The notes under the pieces are model-generated. The model was not told the origin of the DNA, did no database searches, and was given only the letters and a program-made list of their open reading frames with translations. The translations under genes were made by a program, and so were the position numbers. Below, in pieces: positions 49,501 to 59,600 of a stretch of 64,000 bases of DNA (the first letter of the stretch is position 1; every line of letters starts with the position of its first letter). Source of the stretch: an uncultured Actinomycetes bacterium (lineage in GTDB: Bacteria; Actinomycetota; Thermoleophilia; UBA2241); contig CAVPVX010000007.1 in assembly GCA_963709345.1 (NCBI GenBank), positions 416,001 to 480,000 on the forward strand, in the 5' to 3' direction.

Positions 49501-49756
49501 CTACTGGCCGCTTTTCGAGGTGGTGGACGGCGAGTACCGCCTCACCTATCGGCCGCACCACAAGATGCCGCTCATCCCCTGGCTCAAGCGCCAGGGCCGC
49601 TTCGCCCACCTGTTCAAGCCCGGGAACGAGGAGACGCTCCTCAACCTCGAGGCCTGGGTGGACAAGGAATGGGAGAAGCTGCTGCGCAAGTGCGACGAGC
49701 CCAGCGAGGCCGACTGGCAAGACTACCTGCAGTCCAACGGCTGCCTGCTGCGCTGA
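46574..49756 (+). CDS. Fusion: NuoG-type 2Fe-2S + GltD-like flavin domain + NuoG-type 4Fe-4S domains + PFOR beta (TPP-binding) subunit
   Basis: One uninterrupted ORF: IPALC..GACRLC..AACT; PCSDACP, GRVCPRYCE; GAGPAGL; CIACGKCVRVC, CISCGRCVTSCP, CIMCHECVDVCP; then GHRMCAGCG, GGDGGTYDIG, YDNGAYMNTG, PCPRGW. Confidence 0.92.
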   Translation: MSTRTKAAVRLTINGTTLNAREGETVLQVARREGIEIPALCHEEGTAAWGACRLCMVEVEGLDKLQAACTTWVKDGQVVKTDTPRVRARRESYLKMYLSDHNAYCEAPCSDACPTHIDIPAYMAALAGGDASAAAAIVREELPFPGILGRVCPRYCEPVCRRGDIDEPIAICALHRAAADHSDTLLVPGIPTGRRVAVIGAGPAGLAAAWFLTERGNQVTVYDANEKAGGSLRYSIPEFRLPEKVVDKELAPLWQAGVRFAGESELGYEVDPDGLFDAGFDAVVISVGTWEEPEHILPGDDVALRGLELLRRAREGRAVKFTQKVAVIGDGITALDVARTARRKGAKQVVVIAQHDAESIPAGARELAAALEEGVKFEFGTLAKKVKTRSGKAQGVECVRVVREKGRTKEVRGSRFEMAATTVVLATGYAPKLGDSADYLPLSDGVRLMANHYTGRTPEDGVFAAGDASTGPRSVIHAVAGGKRTALAVDAWLRGEDLEELEENLAVFAGLPYLEQLKDEERLGELGLRLAERSPVWLKMGASAEPAARATMPKVGKVKRLSATDVEVEKGYSLAAARSEAMRCLQCECPSNGACDLQRLGVEYGVSDNELIVKGGLVRKVEAQYEHPFIRRDMDRCIACGKCVRVCRDVAGPACYDFTGRGFAINVDTPYGEALQLADCISCGRCVTSCPTGALTYNERELSSFRVDESRCIMCHECVDVCPVDALKETNHFENARTKWLELVAQGSQLAGGHRMCAGCGAPIVVRQVLMGTSDPVVVSAATGCLEVSTTIYPYTSWKGSYIHTAFENAAATLSGVETAYRALKKKGKLEENVKFIAFGGDGGTYDIGLQSLSGAMERGHDMLYVCYDNGAYMNTGFQRSGATPHGAWTTTSPVGKETAGKLQNRKNLTDIMIAHELGYVAQASPHDPRDLVRKASKALATPGASFLNVLAPCPRGWRADGAETIDLAREAVNTCYWPLFEVVDGEYRLTYRPHHKMPLIPWLKRQGRFAHLFKPGNEETLLNLEAWVDKEWEKLLRKCDEPSEADWQDYLQSNGCLLR

Positions 49757-49763
49757 AGGAACG

Positions 49764-49807
49764 GCCGAGTCCACCGCGACCCTCACCCGGGTGGCGGTGG
49801 ACTCGGC
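49764..49807 (+). terminator. Hairpin after the por/hyd operon
   Basis: GCCGAGTCCACCGC...GCGGTGGACTCGGC perfect 14 bp stem. Confidence 0.7.
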
Positions 49808-49967
49808 GCCTATGACCTTCTGTTCGACGGAAGAGACCAGGGTGCATCCTGCGCCCTGGTCTCCTCCTTTGTCAGCTCGATGCGATGTTGCGCGTGCCTC
49901 GCAGGCCCGACGGCGAGCGTCACGTGTCACCGCTCGCGGAGCCAGTGGACCGTGAAAGGGAGGAAGC

Positions 49968-51854
49968 ATGTCAGAACTCACAGGCGAGGTCTGGTATCCG
50001 CCGTCGAGCGCACTGACCGGTGTGACCGGCGACGATCGCGAGGCGCTGCTGCGCCTCGCGGCGACCGATCCGCAGGCCTTCTGGGTGGCGTGGGCGGAGA
50101 AGCTCGACTGGTACGAGCCCTGGTCGCAGGTGCTTGACGCAAGCGAGGCGCCGTTCTATCGCTGGTTCTGCGACGGCAAGACCAACATCGTGCTCAACGC
50201 CCTGGACCGCCACCAGACGACCGCCACCCGCAACAAGCTTGCCCTGATCTGGCAGGGCGAGGCCGGAGAGGAGCGGACCTTCTCCTATCACGACCTGCAC
50301 CGGAAAGTCGGTCAGTTCGCGACCATCCTGAGGAGCATGGGGGTCGGCAAGGGAGACCGCGTCACGATCTACCTCCCGCGCATACCGGAGCTCGTCATCG
50401 CCATGCTCGCCTGCGCCAAGATAGGCGCCGTGCACTCGGCGGTCTACGGAGGGTTCTCGGTGGAGGCGCTGCACAGCCGGATCGAGCTCTCCGAGTCGCG
50501 TGTGATCGTGACCGCCGACGGCGGCTTCATACGAGGCAAGCTCGTGCCACTCAAGGCCATCGCCGACGAAGCCGTGAAGCGTGCCGGCGTTGTCGAGCAC
50601 GTGATCGTCATCCGCCACACCGGCGAGACCGTCCCCATGGAGCCCGACCGCGACTACTACTACGACGAGCTCAAAGCCCTCCCCATGGCCCGCACCCCCA
50701 TCGAGACGGTGGTCATGGATGCCGAGGACCCGCTGTTCCTGCTGTTCACCTCGGGCACCACGGGCCAACCCAAGGCGATCCTGCACACCCACGGCGGGTA
50801 TCAGGTCGGCATCACGGCGACGCTCCAGCTGGCCTTCGACCTGCGCCCCGAAGACCGCTGGTGGTGCACCGCCGATCCAGGCTGGATCACCGGTCACAGC
50901 TACGCTGTCTACGGCCCGCTCATCCTCGGCGCCACGTCGATCATGTACGAAGGCGCGCTCACCCATCCGTACCCCGACCGCTGGTGGCGCATCGTCGAGA
51001 AGTACGGCGTCAACATCCTCTACACGGCGCCCACGGCCGTGCGTGCCCTGATGCGGTTCGGCGATGCCTGGCCCAAACGCCGGGACCTGAGCTCGCTGCG
51101 CCTTCTGGGATCCGTGGGAGAGCCCATCAACCCGGACGCCTGGCGCTGGCTCAGCCACATAGTCGGAGGTGATCGCTGCTCCATCATCGACACATGGTGG
51201 CAGACGGAGACGGGGATGTTCATGATCACCCCACTGCCCGGCCAGCCGCTCAAGCCCGGGTCGGCAGGCAAACCGTTCCCGGGCATCACGATCGAGATCC
51301 TCGACGATGACGGTCAGCCCGTGAACGCCGGTGAGGAAGGCAATCTGGTGGTCACCTCTCCATGGCCTGCCATGATGCGCACCGTGTACGGCGATCCCGA
51401 GCGCTATAAGTCGCAGTACTGGGAGAAGTACCCCGGCAAGTACCAGTCCGGTGACTCGGCGCGTATGGACGAAGACGGCAATGTGTGGATCATCGGACGC
51501 ACAGACGAGGTCATCAAGGTCTCCGGCTACCGGCTGGGCACTGCCGAGATCGAAGCCGCTCTGGGCAGCCACCCGCTGGTCGGCGAGGCGGCCGCCATCG
51601 GCATCCCCGATGAGTTGCGCGGCAACGTGATCTACTGCTACGTCGTCTTGCGCGCGAGCGCCGAACCGACGCCGACTCTCGTGGAAGAGCTGATCCAGCA
51701 TGTCGGCAAGGAGGTCGGCCCCATCGCGCGGCCGGCGCGGCTGGAGATCGTCGACGAGCTGCCGCGCACACGCTCCGGCAAGATCGTGAGGCGGCTCTTG
51801 AAGGCGCGCGCACTCGGCCTGCCGGATGGTGACGTCTCTACCCTCGAGGACTGA
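49968..51854 (+). CDS. acs: Acetyl-CoA synthetase (AMP-forming), second paralog
   Basis: FTSGTTGQPK, DTWWQTETG, PRTRSGKIVRR; GGAGG RBS. Confidence 0.92.
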   Translation: MSELTGEVWYPPSSALTGVTGDDREALLRLAATDPQAFWVAWAEKLDWYEPWSQVLDASEAPFYRWFCDGKTNIVLNALDRHQTTATRNKLALIWQGEAGEERTFSYHDLHRKVGQFATILRSMGVGKGDRVTIYLPRIPELVIAMLACAKIGAVHSAVYGGFSVEALHSRIELSESRVIVTADGGFIRGKLVPLKAIADEAVKRAGVVEHVIVIRHTGETVPMEPDRDYYYDELKALPMARTPIETVVMDAEDPLFLLFTSGTTGQPKAILHTHGGYQVGITATLQLAFDLRPEDRWWCTADPGWITGHSYAVYGPLILGATSIMYEGALTHPYPDRWWRIVEKYGVNILYTAPTAVRALMRFGDAWPKRRDLSSLRLLGSVGEPINPDAWRWLSHIVGGDRCSIIDTWWQTETGMFMITPLPGQPLKPGSAGKPFPGITIEILDDDGQPVNAGEEGNLVVTSPWPAMMRTVYGDPERYKSQYWEKYPGKYQSGDSARMDEDGNVWIIGRTDEVIKVSGYRLGTAEIEAALGSHPLVGEAAAIGIPDELRGNVIYCYVVLRASAEPTPTLVEELIQHVGKEVGPIARPARLEIVDELPRTRSGKIVRRLLKARALGLPDGDVSTLED

Positions 51855-51995
51855 GCGGCACCTCGCCGTCGTGGCTCGGGTCGAGACCGAACGTGACGGA
51901 TGCTGCGTGCTGGCGAGTGTGCGACAAACCGAGCCAGGCCGACTGGCGGGGGTGATGCCGGTCGAGTACAGCCGCAGCGATCGCCCCGGGCGACG

Positions 51996-53112
51996 TCAGT
52001 CGAACACGGCCTCGAGGTAGTACACCCAGAAGGCCGGGATCTCGCGGGCCACCAGATAAGGCGTCTCCCGTACCGGCGACGATGGCGCCGCCGGTACGGT
52101 GAGCACGTCCCAGCCGAAACGCTGGTACGCCAGCTTGATACGCGGCAGGTGGTAGAACTGGCTCACGGCCAGGACGCGCTTCCAGCCGGCACCGCCGAAG
52201 AACGGCACCGTGTCGGTGACCGTCGCGGTGGTGCTGACTCCATTGGAGTCGATCGCGATCGCCTCAGTGGGCACACCGGCCTCGACTGCCATGTCACGCA
52301 TCACCAGCGCCTCGTTATAGCCGCTCTCCCCCACCCCGCCGGAGACGAACACGTACTTGACGAGCCCGTCCTTGTGGAGCCGCACGGCTGTGTCCACCCT
52401 GTCGCGCAGGGAGGTCGACGGCCGACCGTCGTCATGGACCTGGGCGCCGAACACGACAACGACGTCGGCGGGCCGCCGGTAGTCCGTCGTCCCGAAGAAG
52501 AAGATCTGCGCGAGCGGGAAGAGAAGCACGCACGCCGCCGTGGTCGCGAAGAGGACGCCGGCCGCGGCCCAGCGCCGGCGCCGTTGCGCCGGCCCCCGCA
52601 GCGCGGCCCAGGCGATGAAGACGAAGAGGGCACAGAACACGAATGACAACGGAACGGGCATACCGGGATCGATGTCGCCGGCGCGCCAGGTAAGGTAGAA
52701 GTCGGCTCCATTCCAGACGGTGACGGCCGCGAAGAACAGGCAGAGACCGACGGTGGGCCAGCGCCGCCAGGCGGGCATGTGGGGGAGAAAGGCGTACGCA
52801 AGCAGCGCGACGGCGAGAGCCGTGAGAAGCGTCACGGCGAGGAAGCCGCGGCGCGAAGCGCAGATCGACCCACCAGAGATTCTCGTCGAAAGCCGGGGTG
52901 CGCAGAGCGCCGGCCGCGTTGACGAGCGTGAAAGCACCGATGAAGAGGGCCAGTCCGCGGGCCACCGCGGCGGCGAGCCAGTGGCGGCGCTTCGGTCTGC
53001 CGGCCGGCCGGCCGGCAGACGGCGACGGCGCCGTCAGCGACTCAGCCGCTGGGGACGAAGCGGCCGCGCCTCCTGCCACCGGAGGCTCGGGGAGTGCCGC
53101 GTCGGCATTCAT
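51996..53112 (-). CDS. YdcF/SanA (DUF218) family membrane protein (frameshift near 52850)
   Basis: VVVFGA, SLRDR, VSGG, NEALVM, VSQFYHLPR, AREIPA. Confidence 0.8.
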
Positions 53113-53283
53113 GCGCGGGACTGTATCACGCGCCTCCGCTCGCGCGGGCGTGCGATCGGGCGCGAATACCTGACCGGCCGCGGGCCGTCCGCCGCCCCCC
53201 GCCGGCCCATAGTGGCGCCGGCGGGACAGCTGAGTGATGGAGCAGCACCGAGGCTCGGCCTCCCACGCGGCGAATTGAGAGAC

Positions 53284-54042
53284 ATGACACGAGCGACGCC
53301 AGACGCCGCACGCCGCGCACCGGTGCGCGCCACCATCCGCGGCGTCCTCGCCGCAGCCTTCGGCACCTATCGTCGCCGCTTCGGCCGCATCGTCATCGCC
53401 GCCGTCGCCGTCTTCGCGCCGATCGACATCGTGGTCACGCTGGCGACCCTGGCAGCGAAGCGGGTCGCCGAGAACGCCGATGCGCTGAGCCTGGCGGTGT
53501 GGCTCTCGAGCACGGCCGTCGGCGTCGCCGGCACCACGCTCTCCCTGGTCTTCTTCTCCGGAGTGATCGACCGCATCGTCGCCGTGGACCAGCACGGACA
53601 CGACGATCTGCCGCTGCTGCACATCGTGAGGCGCCTGCCGACGGCGCGGCTCATCCTGGCGAGCGCACTCGCCACGGTCCTCATCATCCTCGGCCTGCTG
53701 CTCCTGCTCGTCCCCGGCTTCATCCTCATGGTGCTGTTCGCCGTCGTGGGACCAGTGATCGTGATCGAGGACCTCCGGGTGTGGGCCGGCTTGCGCCGCT
53801 CCGCCGCGCTCGTCCGGCGGCACTTCTTCCTCACGTTCGTGGTCGTTCTGATACCGACCATGCTCGAGGAGGAGTGGACGTCGTGGCTTGAGCGATTCGT
53901 CCTTTATGACAACCCGGTCGCCCATCTGGCGATCGACGTGGCGTCGACGGTCTTCGTCGGAGGCCTGATCGGCGTCATCGAGGTGACCCTGGCACACGCC
54001 CTCATCCGCGACCATCGCCGACGCCGAGAGACGTCCGCCTGA
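53284..54042 (+). CDS. Hypothetical membrane protein
   Basis: Multi-TM, GLLLLLVPG...IED...GLRRS pattern. Confidence 0.7.
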   Translation: MTRATPDAARRAPVRATIRGVLAAAFGTYRRRFGRIVIAAVAVFAPIDIVVTLATLAAKRVAENADALSLAVWLSSTAVGVAGTTLSLVFFSGVIDRIVAVDQHGHDDLPLLHIVRRLPTARLILASALATVLIILGLLLLLVPGFILMVLFAVVGPVIVIEDLRVWAGLRRSAALVRRHFFLTFVVVLIPTMLEEEWTSWLERFVLYDNPVAHLAIDVASTVFVGGLIGVIEVTLAHALIRDHRRRRETSA

Positions 54043-54212
54043 CGGCCCGCGGTGCTCGCGACGGGGCGTCGAGACACACGTGACCGGGTCCGGGCGCGAC
54101 CCCGCGCCTCCGCGAGCAAGCCGTGGCATCATCGCCGCTCAAGAACAGGATTCCGCGCGCCGATTATGAATCAAGTAGTCGGAGGGCACGGGGGACTCGA
54201 ACGGGAGGGACC

Positions 54213-55920
54213 ATGGCGAAGGCAGCGCGTTCCACGACGGCCGCAGCCGGGACGGTCGCCGCAGGCGCGCCGGAGCTCCCCTTCAAGCTGATCCTGGTGG
54301 CCCTCTGCATGGCCCAGTTCATCAACGCCTATGACACCACGGCGATGAACGTCGCGGTGACGTCGGTGGTCAAGAGCCTCGACACCACCGTGTCCGGCGT
54401 GCAGTCGGCGCTGGTGCTCTACTCCCTCGTCATGGCGTCGTTCATGCTGATCGGCGGCAAGCTCGGCGACGTGTGGGGCCGCCGCGCGACCTTCACCATC
54501 GGCATCTCGATGTACGGCCTGGGCGCCCTGATCACCGCGTTCAGCGCCGCGCTGCCGATGATGATCGTCGGCTGGTCGCTGCTGGAGGGCCTGGGGTCGG
54601 CGCTCATGATCCCGGCGATCTTCGCCATCGTCGGCACCATCTTCCCCGCCGGCAAGCCGCGCGTCTCGGCGTTCGCCGCCGTCGGCGCCATGGCCGCCAT
54701 GGGCGCGGCCCTCGGCCCGCTCGTCTGCGGGTTCCTGACCACCTACCTCACCTGGCGCGTGTCGTTCCTGATGGAGGTCGCCATCGTCCTCATCACGCTG
54801 GCGCTCACGACGCGCATCAAGGTGCCCAGGCAGCCGCGGCCCAAGGCAAGGCTCGACTACCTCGGCGCCTTCCTCTCGGCGCTCGGCCTGGCGCTCGTCG
54901 TCCTCGGCGTCCTGCAGGCCGGCAGGTACGGCTGGACGGCCGCCCGGGTGCCGATGGTCGGATGGGGACGGACACTGGTTCCCGAAGGCGGCATTTCGCC
55001 GGTGATCCCGTTCGTCGTCGCCGGCGTCGTCGTGCTGATCTGCTTCGGGCTCTGGCAGCGCCACATGATCCGCGCCGGCAAGGACGCGCTGCTCAACATC
55101 GGCATGCTGAAGAACCGCGCCGTCCTGTTCGGGTTGCTGGCCATCATCGCGTTCATGTTCATGCAGGCAGGCTTCCTGTTCGTCACGCCGGTCTTCATGC
55201 AGATGGCTCTCGGCTACACTGCCTTCCACAGCGGCCTGCTCATCCTGCCGATGACGATCGCAATCATCCTCGTGGCCACGCGCGTGAGCAAGCTCACGCA
55301 GATCATCGCCCCCAAGCTGATCGTGCAGATCGGCATGCTCGTCGTCGTCGGCGGCATCTTCCTGATCGCGCTCGAACTGAAGGCCGACGCCGACCAGTGG
55401 GCCTTTCTCCCCGGCATGATCATCACCGGCATCGGCATCGGCCTGATCAACGCACCCCTGATGAACATCACCCAGGGCGCCGTGCCGGCGAAGGAGCAGA
55501 GCGAGATCTCCGGCCTCTCGCGCGCGATGAGCAACCTCGGCGGCGCCTTCGGCACCGCCGTGGCCGGCGCGGTGCTCATGAGCACCCTGATCGCGACCTT
55601 CTCGCGGCGCCGTCGAGCAGTACACCGGCATCCCGGCGAGCGAGAAGGCGCGGGTCGTCCACGACCTGCGCAAGGACGCCCAGACCGTGAGCAACGCCCA
55701 GGTCACGGTCTACCTCAAGGGCAAGAGCGAGCCGGCGCCGTTGGTCCAGAAGTTCGTCGAGTTCAATCAGGACGCGCGCAACAAGGGCCTGCAGAACGCG
55801 CTGATCGCCATCGGCGTCCTCGGCCTGTTCGGCTTCGCGACGAGCTGCTTCCTTCCCGGAGGCAAGACGAAGAAGCCGGCGGCCGAGCAGAAGGCGGACG
55901 CGCCGCCGGCGTCGGCGTAG
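54213..55920 (+). CDS. MFS transporter, DHA2 family (frameshift near 55605)
   Basis: GKLGDVWGRR, EGLGSAL, LGPLVCG; C-terminus continues in the 55687-55920 frame. Confidence 0.85.
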
Positions 55921-55936
55921 CCGCACCGGACGCGGC

Positions 55937-57289
55937 TCAGGCCGCCTCTCCGCCGTCCGCGGCCGGCCCGGCGCAGTCGGGGCCGAGACAGCCGGCGGCC
56001 ATCGCCTCGGGGCCGGGCGCCCCGATCGCGACCGCCTCCCCCGCACGGCCCACGCCCGCGGCCGGCGCGGCGGGCTCCGCCCGCTCCGCGCGCCGCGCCG
56101 CCGCCAGCAGCGGCACGCCGGCGAGCTGGACGGCGCCGCCGACCAGCCAGGCGAACGGGATCGACACGGCCCGCGACAGGTAGCCCAGGCCGAGCTGCCC
56201 GGCGGTCATGCCGCCGTCTCCGAACAGCGCGTCCAGCGAGATGATCGTCGCGCGCTGTGCAGAAGGAATGCGCGCGTTCAGCCAGCCCTGTTTGACAGGC
56301 ATGGAGATCCCGAAGGCCGCGGTGGAGACGAGGTAGAGCGGCACCGCCACCCAGAACTGCTGCACCAGCGCGGCGCCGACGACGGCGGCGGTCGAGACCG
56401 CCGTGCACGCCATCAGGATCCTGCCCCGGTCGGGGAACCGATTGGTGATCCGCCCGACCAGCGAGTTGCCGAGGATCTGCGTGAGGCCGACCAGAGCGGC
56501 GATGACACCCGTGACCCACACGAGGTCGCTGCCGAGCAGGTCCAGGAAGTACTTCTGCCACGAGTAGAAGCCGTAGATGAAGAAGACGCCCTGGACGAGT
56601 GTGGCCAGCATGATGAAGCGCACGACGCGGTCGCGCAGTCCGTACGTGATGCCGGCGGTCGCGATGCGCCGGGTCTCGTGGCCGAAGCTCCCCACGGTCA
56701 GCGCCCGGCCCTTGAACCCCAGGTCGCGCATAAGGAAGACGCCTATCAGGAACGCCGGCACCAGCACGACGGCGCGAACGACGTACGGTATCCAGAGATC
56801 GAGTTGCCCCAGCACCCCTCCCAGCGTGGTGCCGATGAGCATGGACGCGCCGAACGTCATCCCGTACCGCGCGAACACCGGCTCGAGTCGCCCCTCGTAG
56901 CCCACCGAGTCCAGAGCGTCGACCATCCAGGCGTCGACCGCACCGGTGTAGAACGTGTAGCCCAGGCCGAGCAGCGCCGAGGCGGCTGCGAACGGCCATA
57001 CGCCGAGGCCGGCGAGCCCGAACCACACGTAGAGCAGCGTCGACAAGAGGATGATGGCGACCGCCAGCAGATAGGAGGCGCGGCGGCCGACCGTGTCCGC
57101 GACCACCCCGGTCGGCACCTCGAAGACCATCTGGGCGACGGTGTAGGCGGCGTTCACGAGCATCACCTGGAAGATGTCCAGCCCGACCGACAGCAGGAAC
57201 AGCGTGTTGACGCCCCAGATCAGGGACTGCGCCAGCGTCGTGCTGGCGGCGACCCCAAGATACGTGCGGATGATGCGCTGCGCCGTCAT
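55937..57289 (-). CDS. MFS transporter
   Basis: FEVPTGVVADTVGRR, QRATIISL. Confidence 0.87.
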   Translation of the reverse strand: MTAQRIIRTYLGVAASTTLAQSLIWGVNTLFLLSVGLDIFQVMLVNAAYTVAQMVFEVPTGVVADTVGRRASYLLAVAIILLSTLLYVWFGLAGLGVWPFAAASALLGLGYTFYTGAVDAWMVDALDSVGYEGRLEPVFARYGMTFGASMLIGTTLGGVLGQLDLWIPYVVRAVVLVPAFLIGVFLMRDLGFKGRALTVGSFGHETRRIATAGITYGLRDRVVRFIMLATLVQGVFFIYGFYSWQKYFLDLLGSDLVWVTGVIAALVGLTQILGNSLVGRITNRFPDRGRILMACTAVSTAAVVGAALVQQFWVAVPLYLVSTAAFGISMPVKQGWLNARIPSAQRATIISLDALFGDGGMTAGQLGLGYLSRAVSIPFAWLVGGAVQLAGVPLLAAARRAERAEPAAPAAGVGRAGEAVAIGAPGPEAMAAGCLGPDCAGPAADGGEAA

Positions 57290-57471
57290 AGGCGGGCTGT
57301 TCCCGCATACGGACGATGCGATGCGCGAGACCCTCGACCGGACGCGGGAGCGCCGGCCGCCACTTGACGGCGGTCAATCACCGCGCATTGCCGCCGGAGT
57401 ATGATGGTCAAACCGACCAGCGGCGGCAAGACTCACCCGCGCCTCGGCCGACCGTCGTCGCGACCACGCCC

Positions 57472-57975
57472 GTGAAACGACGTACCCAGACACCCGGCAC
57501 GTGCTCAGCCCGCCGCCCCGTCCACCGGGCCGCCGCCCTCGTCCTGGCGTTGCTGCTCGGCGTTCTGGCCGGCGCCGGCCTCTTCACGCTCGCCTATGCC
57601 GAGGGCCTCTCCTACATGAGCAACGATCCCGAGGCCTGCATCAACTGTCACATCATGAACGAGCAGTACGACGGCTGGGTCAAGGGAACGCACAAGGACG
57701 TGGCCACGTGCAACGACTGCCACGTCCCCCACCGCCTGCTCTCCAAGTACCTCGGCAAGGCGCGCAACGGCTGGCACCACTCGTCGGCCTTCACGCTGCA
57801 GAACTTCGACGAACCCATCCGCATCAAACCCGGCAACGCCGCCACGCTCGAGCACAACTGCCGCGCCTGCCACCAGGAACTGACCGCCGACATCAGCGGC
57901 CACTACGGCAGCGACGGGGAAGGTCCGAGCTGCACCCACTGCCACCGCGACGTGGGCCACGGGCCCACACGGTAG
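57472..57975 (+). CDS. nrfH: Cytochrome c nitrite reductase small subunit (tetraheme)
   Basis: TM anchor, CINCH, CNDCH, CRACH, CTHCH; SYMSNDPEAC. Confidence 0.92.
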   Translation: MKRRTQTPGTCSARRPVHRAAALVLALLLGVLAGAGLFTLAYAEGLSYMSNDPEACINCHIMNEQYDGWVKGTHKDVATCNDCHVPHRLLSKYLGKARNGWHHSSAFTLQNFDEPIRIKPGNAATLEHNCRACHQELTADISGHYGSDGEGPSCTHCHRDVGHGPTR

Positions 57976-57987
57976 GAGGAGTCCCCG

Positions 57988-59438
57988 ATGAAGCAGACCT
58001 TGAGCCGCCTGCAGGCCAGCCCCTGGTTCTACGTCGTCACGATCGTCGTCGTCGCGCTGGCGACGGCCGGCGTCATGGCGCTGGGGCAGAACATCGTGGA
58101 GCGCAAGGCGGAGGGCGAGCGCGCCTACTACGAGATCGAGGAGCTCACCGAGAACTCCATCGACCCGGCGCTGTGGGGACGCAACTTCCCCCGGCAGTAC
58201 GACGGCTACCTGCGCACGGTGGACACCGAGCGCACGCGCTACGGGGGAAGCGAGGCGATCAGCAGGCTGGACGCCGATCCGCGCCTGCGCACGATCTTCG
58301 ACGGCTACGCCTTCGCCATCGAGTACGACGAGGAGCGCGGCCACTTCTACAGTCTCCAGGACCAGCGCGAGACGAAGCGGGTGACCGAGAAGGAGCAGCC
58401 CGGCGCCTGTCTGCACTGCCACGGTGCCATCACCAAGGCCTACTACGACGCCGGCGTCGCCGCGGGTGCCCACCGGCAGACGACGAGCCGCTGACCGACC
58501 CAACCCGTCGGGCGGCGGTGCAGAAGGGCTTCGAGATCGTCAACGCCATGCCGTACCTCGAGGCCACCGAACTCGTGGAGCACCCCGTGGCGTGCATCGA
58601 CTGCCACGACCCCGAGACGATGGACCTGCGCGTCACGCGACCCGGGTTCCTCGAGCGGCATCCAGCGGCTGGCCGAATCCGGCGAGGCCCTCCCGCATCT
58701 GCCGAGCATCGAGCGGTGGCGCGAGGGCGACCGCGACGAGCCGTACGACCCCAACACGCGAGGCCTCGCGCCAGGAGATGCGCACGTTCGTCTGCGGGCA
58801 GTGCCACGTGGAGTACTACTTCAAGGGCGAGCAGAAGCTGCTCACCTACCCCTGGCACGAACGGCCTGCAAGGGCGAGGAGATCGAGACCTACTACGACG
58901 AGGTGGGCTGGTCGGACTGGACGCACGCGCAGAGCCGGCGCCGCGGTGCTCAAGGCGCAGCACCCCGAGTTCGAGATGTGGAGCCAGGGCGTCCACGCGC
59001 GCAGCCGGCGTGGCCTGCGCCGACTGCCACATGCCGTACACACGCGAGGGCGCGATCAAGGTCAGCGACCACCACGTGCGCAGCCCGCTGCTCAACGTCG
59101 CGCCGCGCCTGCGGCAGCTGCCACCGCTGCGACCGGAGGAGATCGTGCGCGCGCGCCGAGACGATCCAGGACCGCACGCAGCGAACTGCTCGACGCGCGC
59201 CGAGACGCGCGACGGTCGACCTCATCGAGGCGATCACGGCCGCCAAGACCGCCGGGGCCACCGACGAGCAGCTTGGCGACCGCCCGCGAGCTTCCAGCGC
59301 AAGGCGCAGTGGCGCACGGACTTCGTCAACGCGGAGAACTCCATGGGCTTCCACGCGCCGCAGGAGACGGCGCGCATCCTCGGCGAGGCCATCGACTACG
59401 CACGGCAGGGCATGATCTCGCTGGCCGAGCTGAAGTAG
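57988..59438 (+). CDS. nrfA: Ammonia-forming cytochrome c nitrite reductase (pentaheme; multiple frameshifts)
   Basis: EERGH, CLHCH, CIDCH, CGQCHVEYYF, KAQHPEFE, CADCHMPY, CGSCH, AENSMGFHAPQE. Confidence 0.92.
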
Positions 59439-59600
59439 GGGCAGGGAGGCAGCTCCTCGTCGAGCAGGCCTTCGGCACCACTGGAGATGCCGGCACTGGT
59501 GCCGGCACTGGTGCCGCCAATGGGACCGCGGGTGGCGCCGCGTCACCGGCCACGTCCGGCCGTTGGACCGCCGGCCACGGCGCTGATACCGTGCGGGGGC

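Noticed and set aside
59480-59520. Short tandem repeat TGCCGGCACTGG, and GGAGCCATCT twice near 11842
   Set aside because: Only two to three copies; consistent with slippage, with no evidence of function
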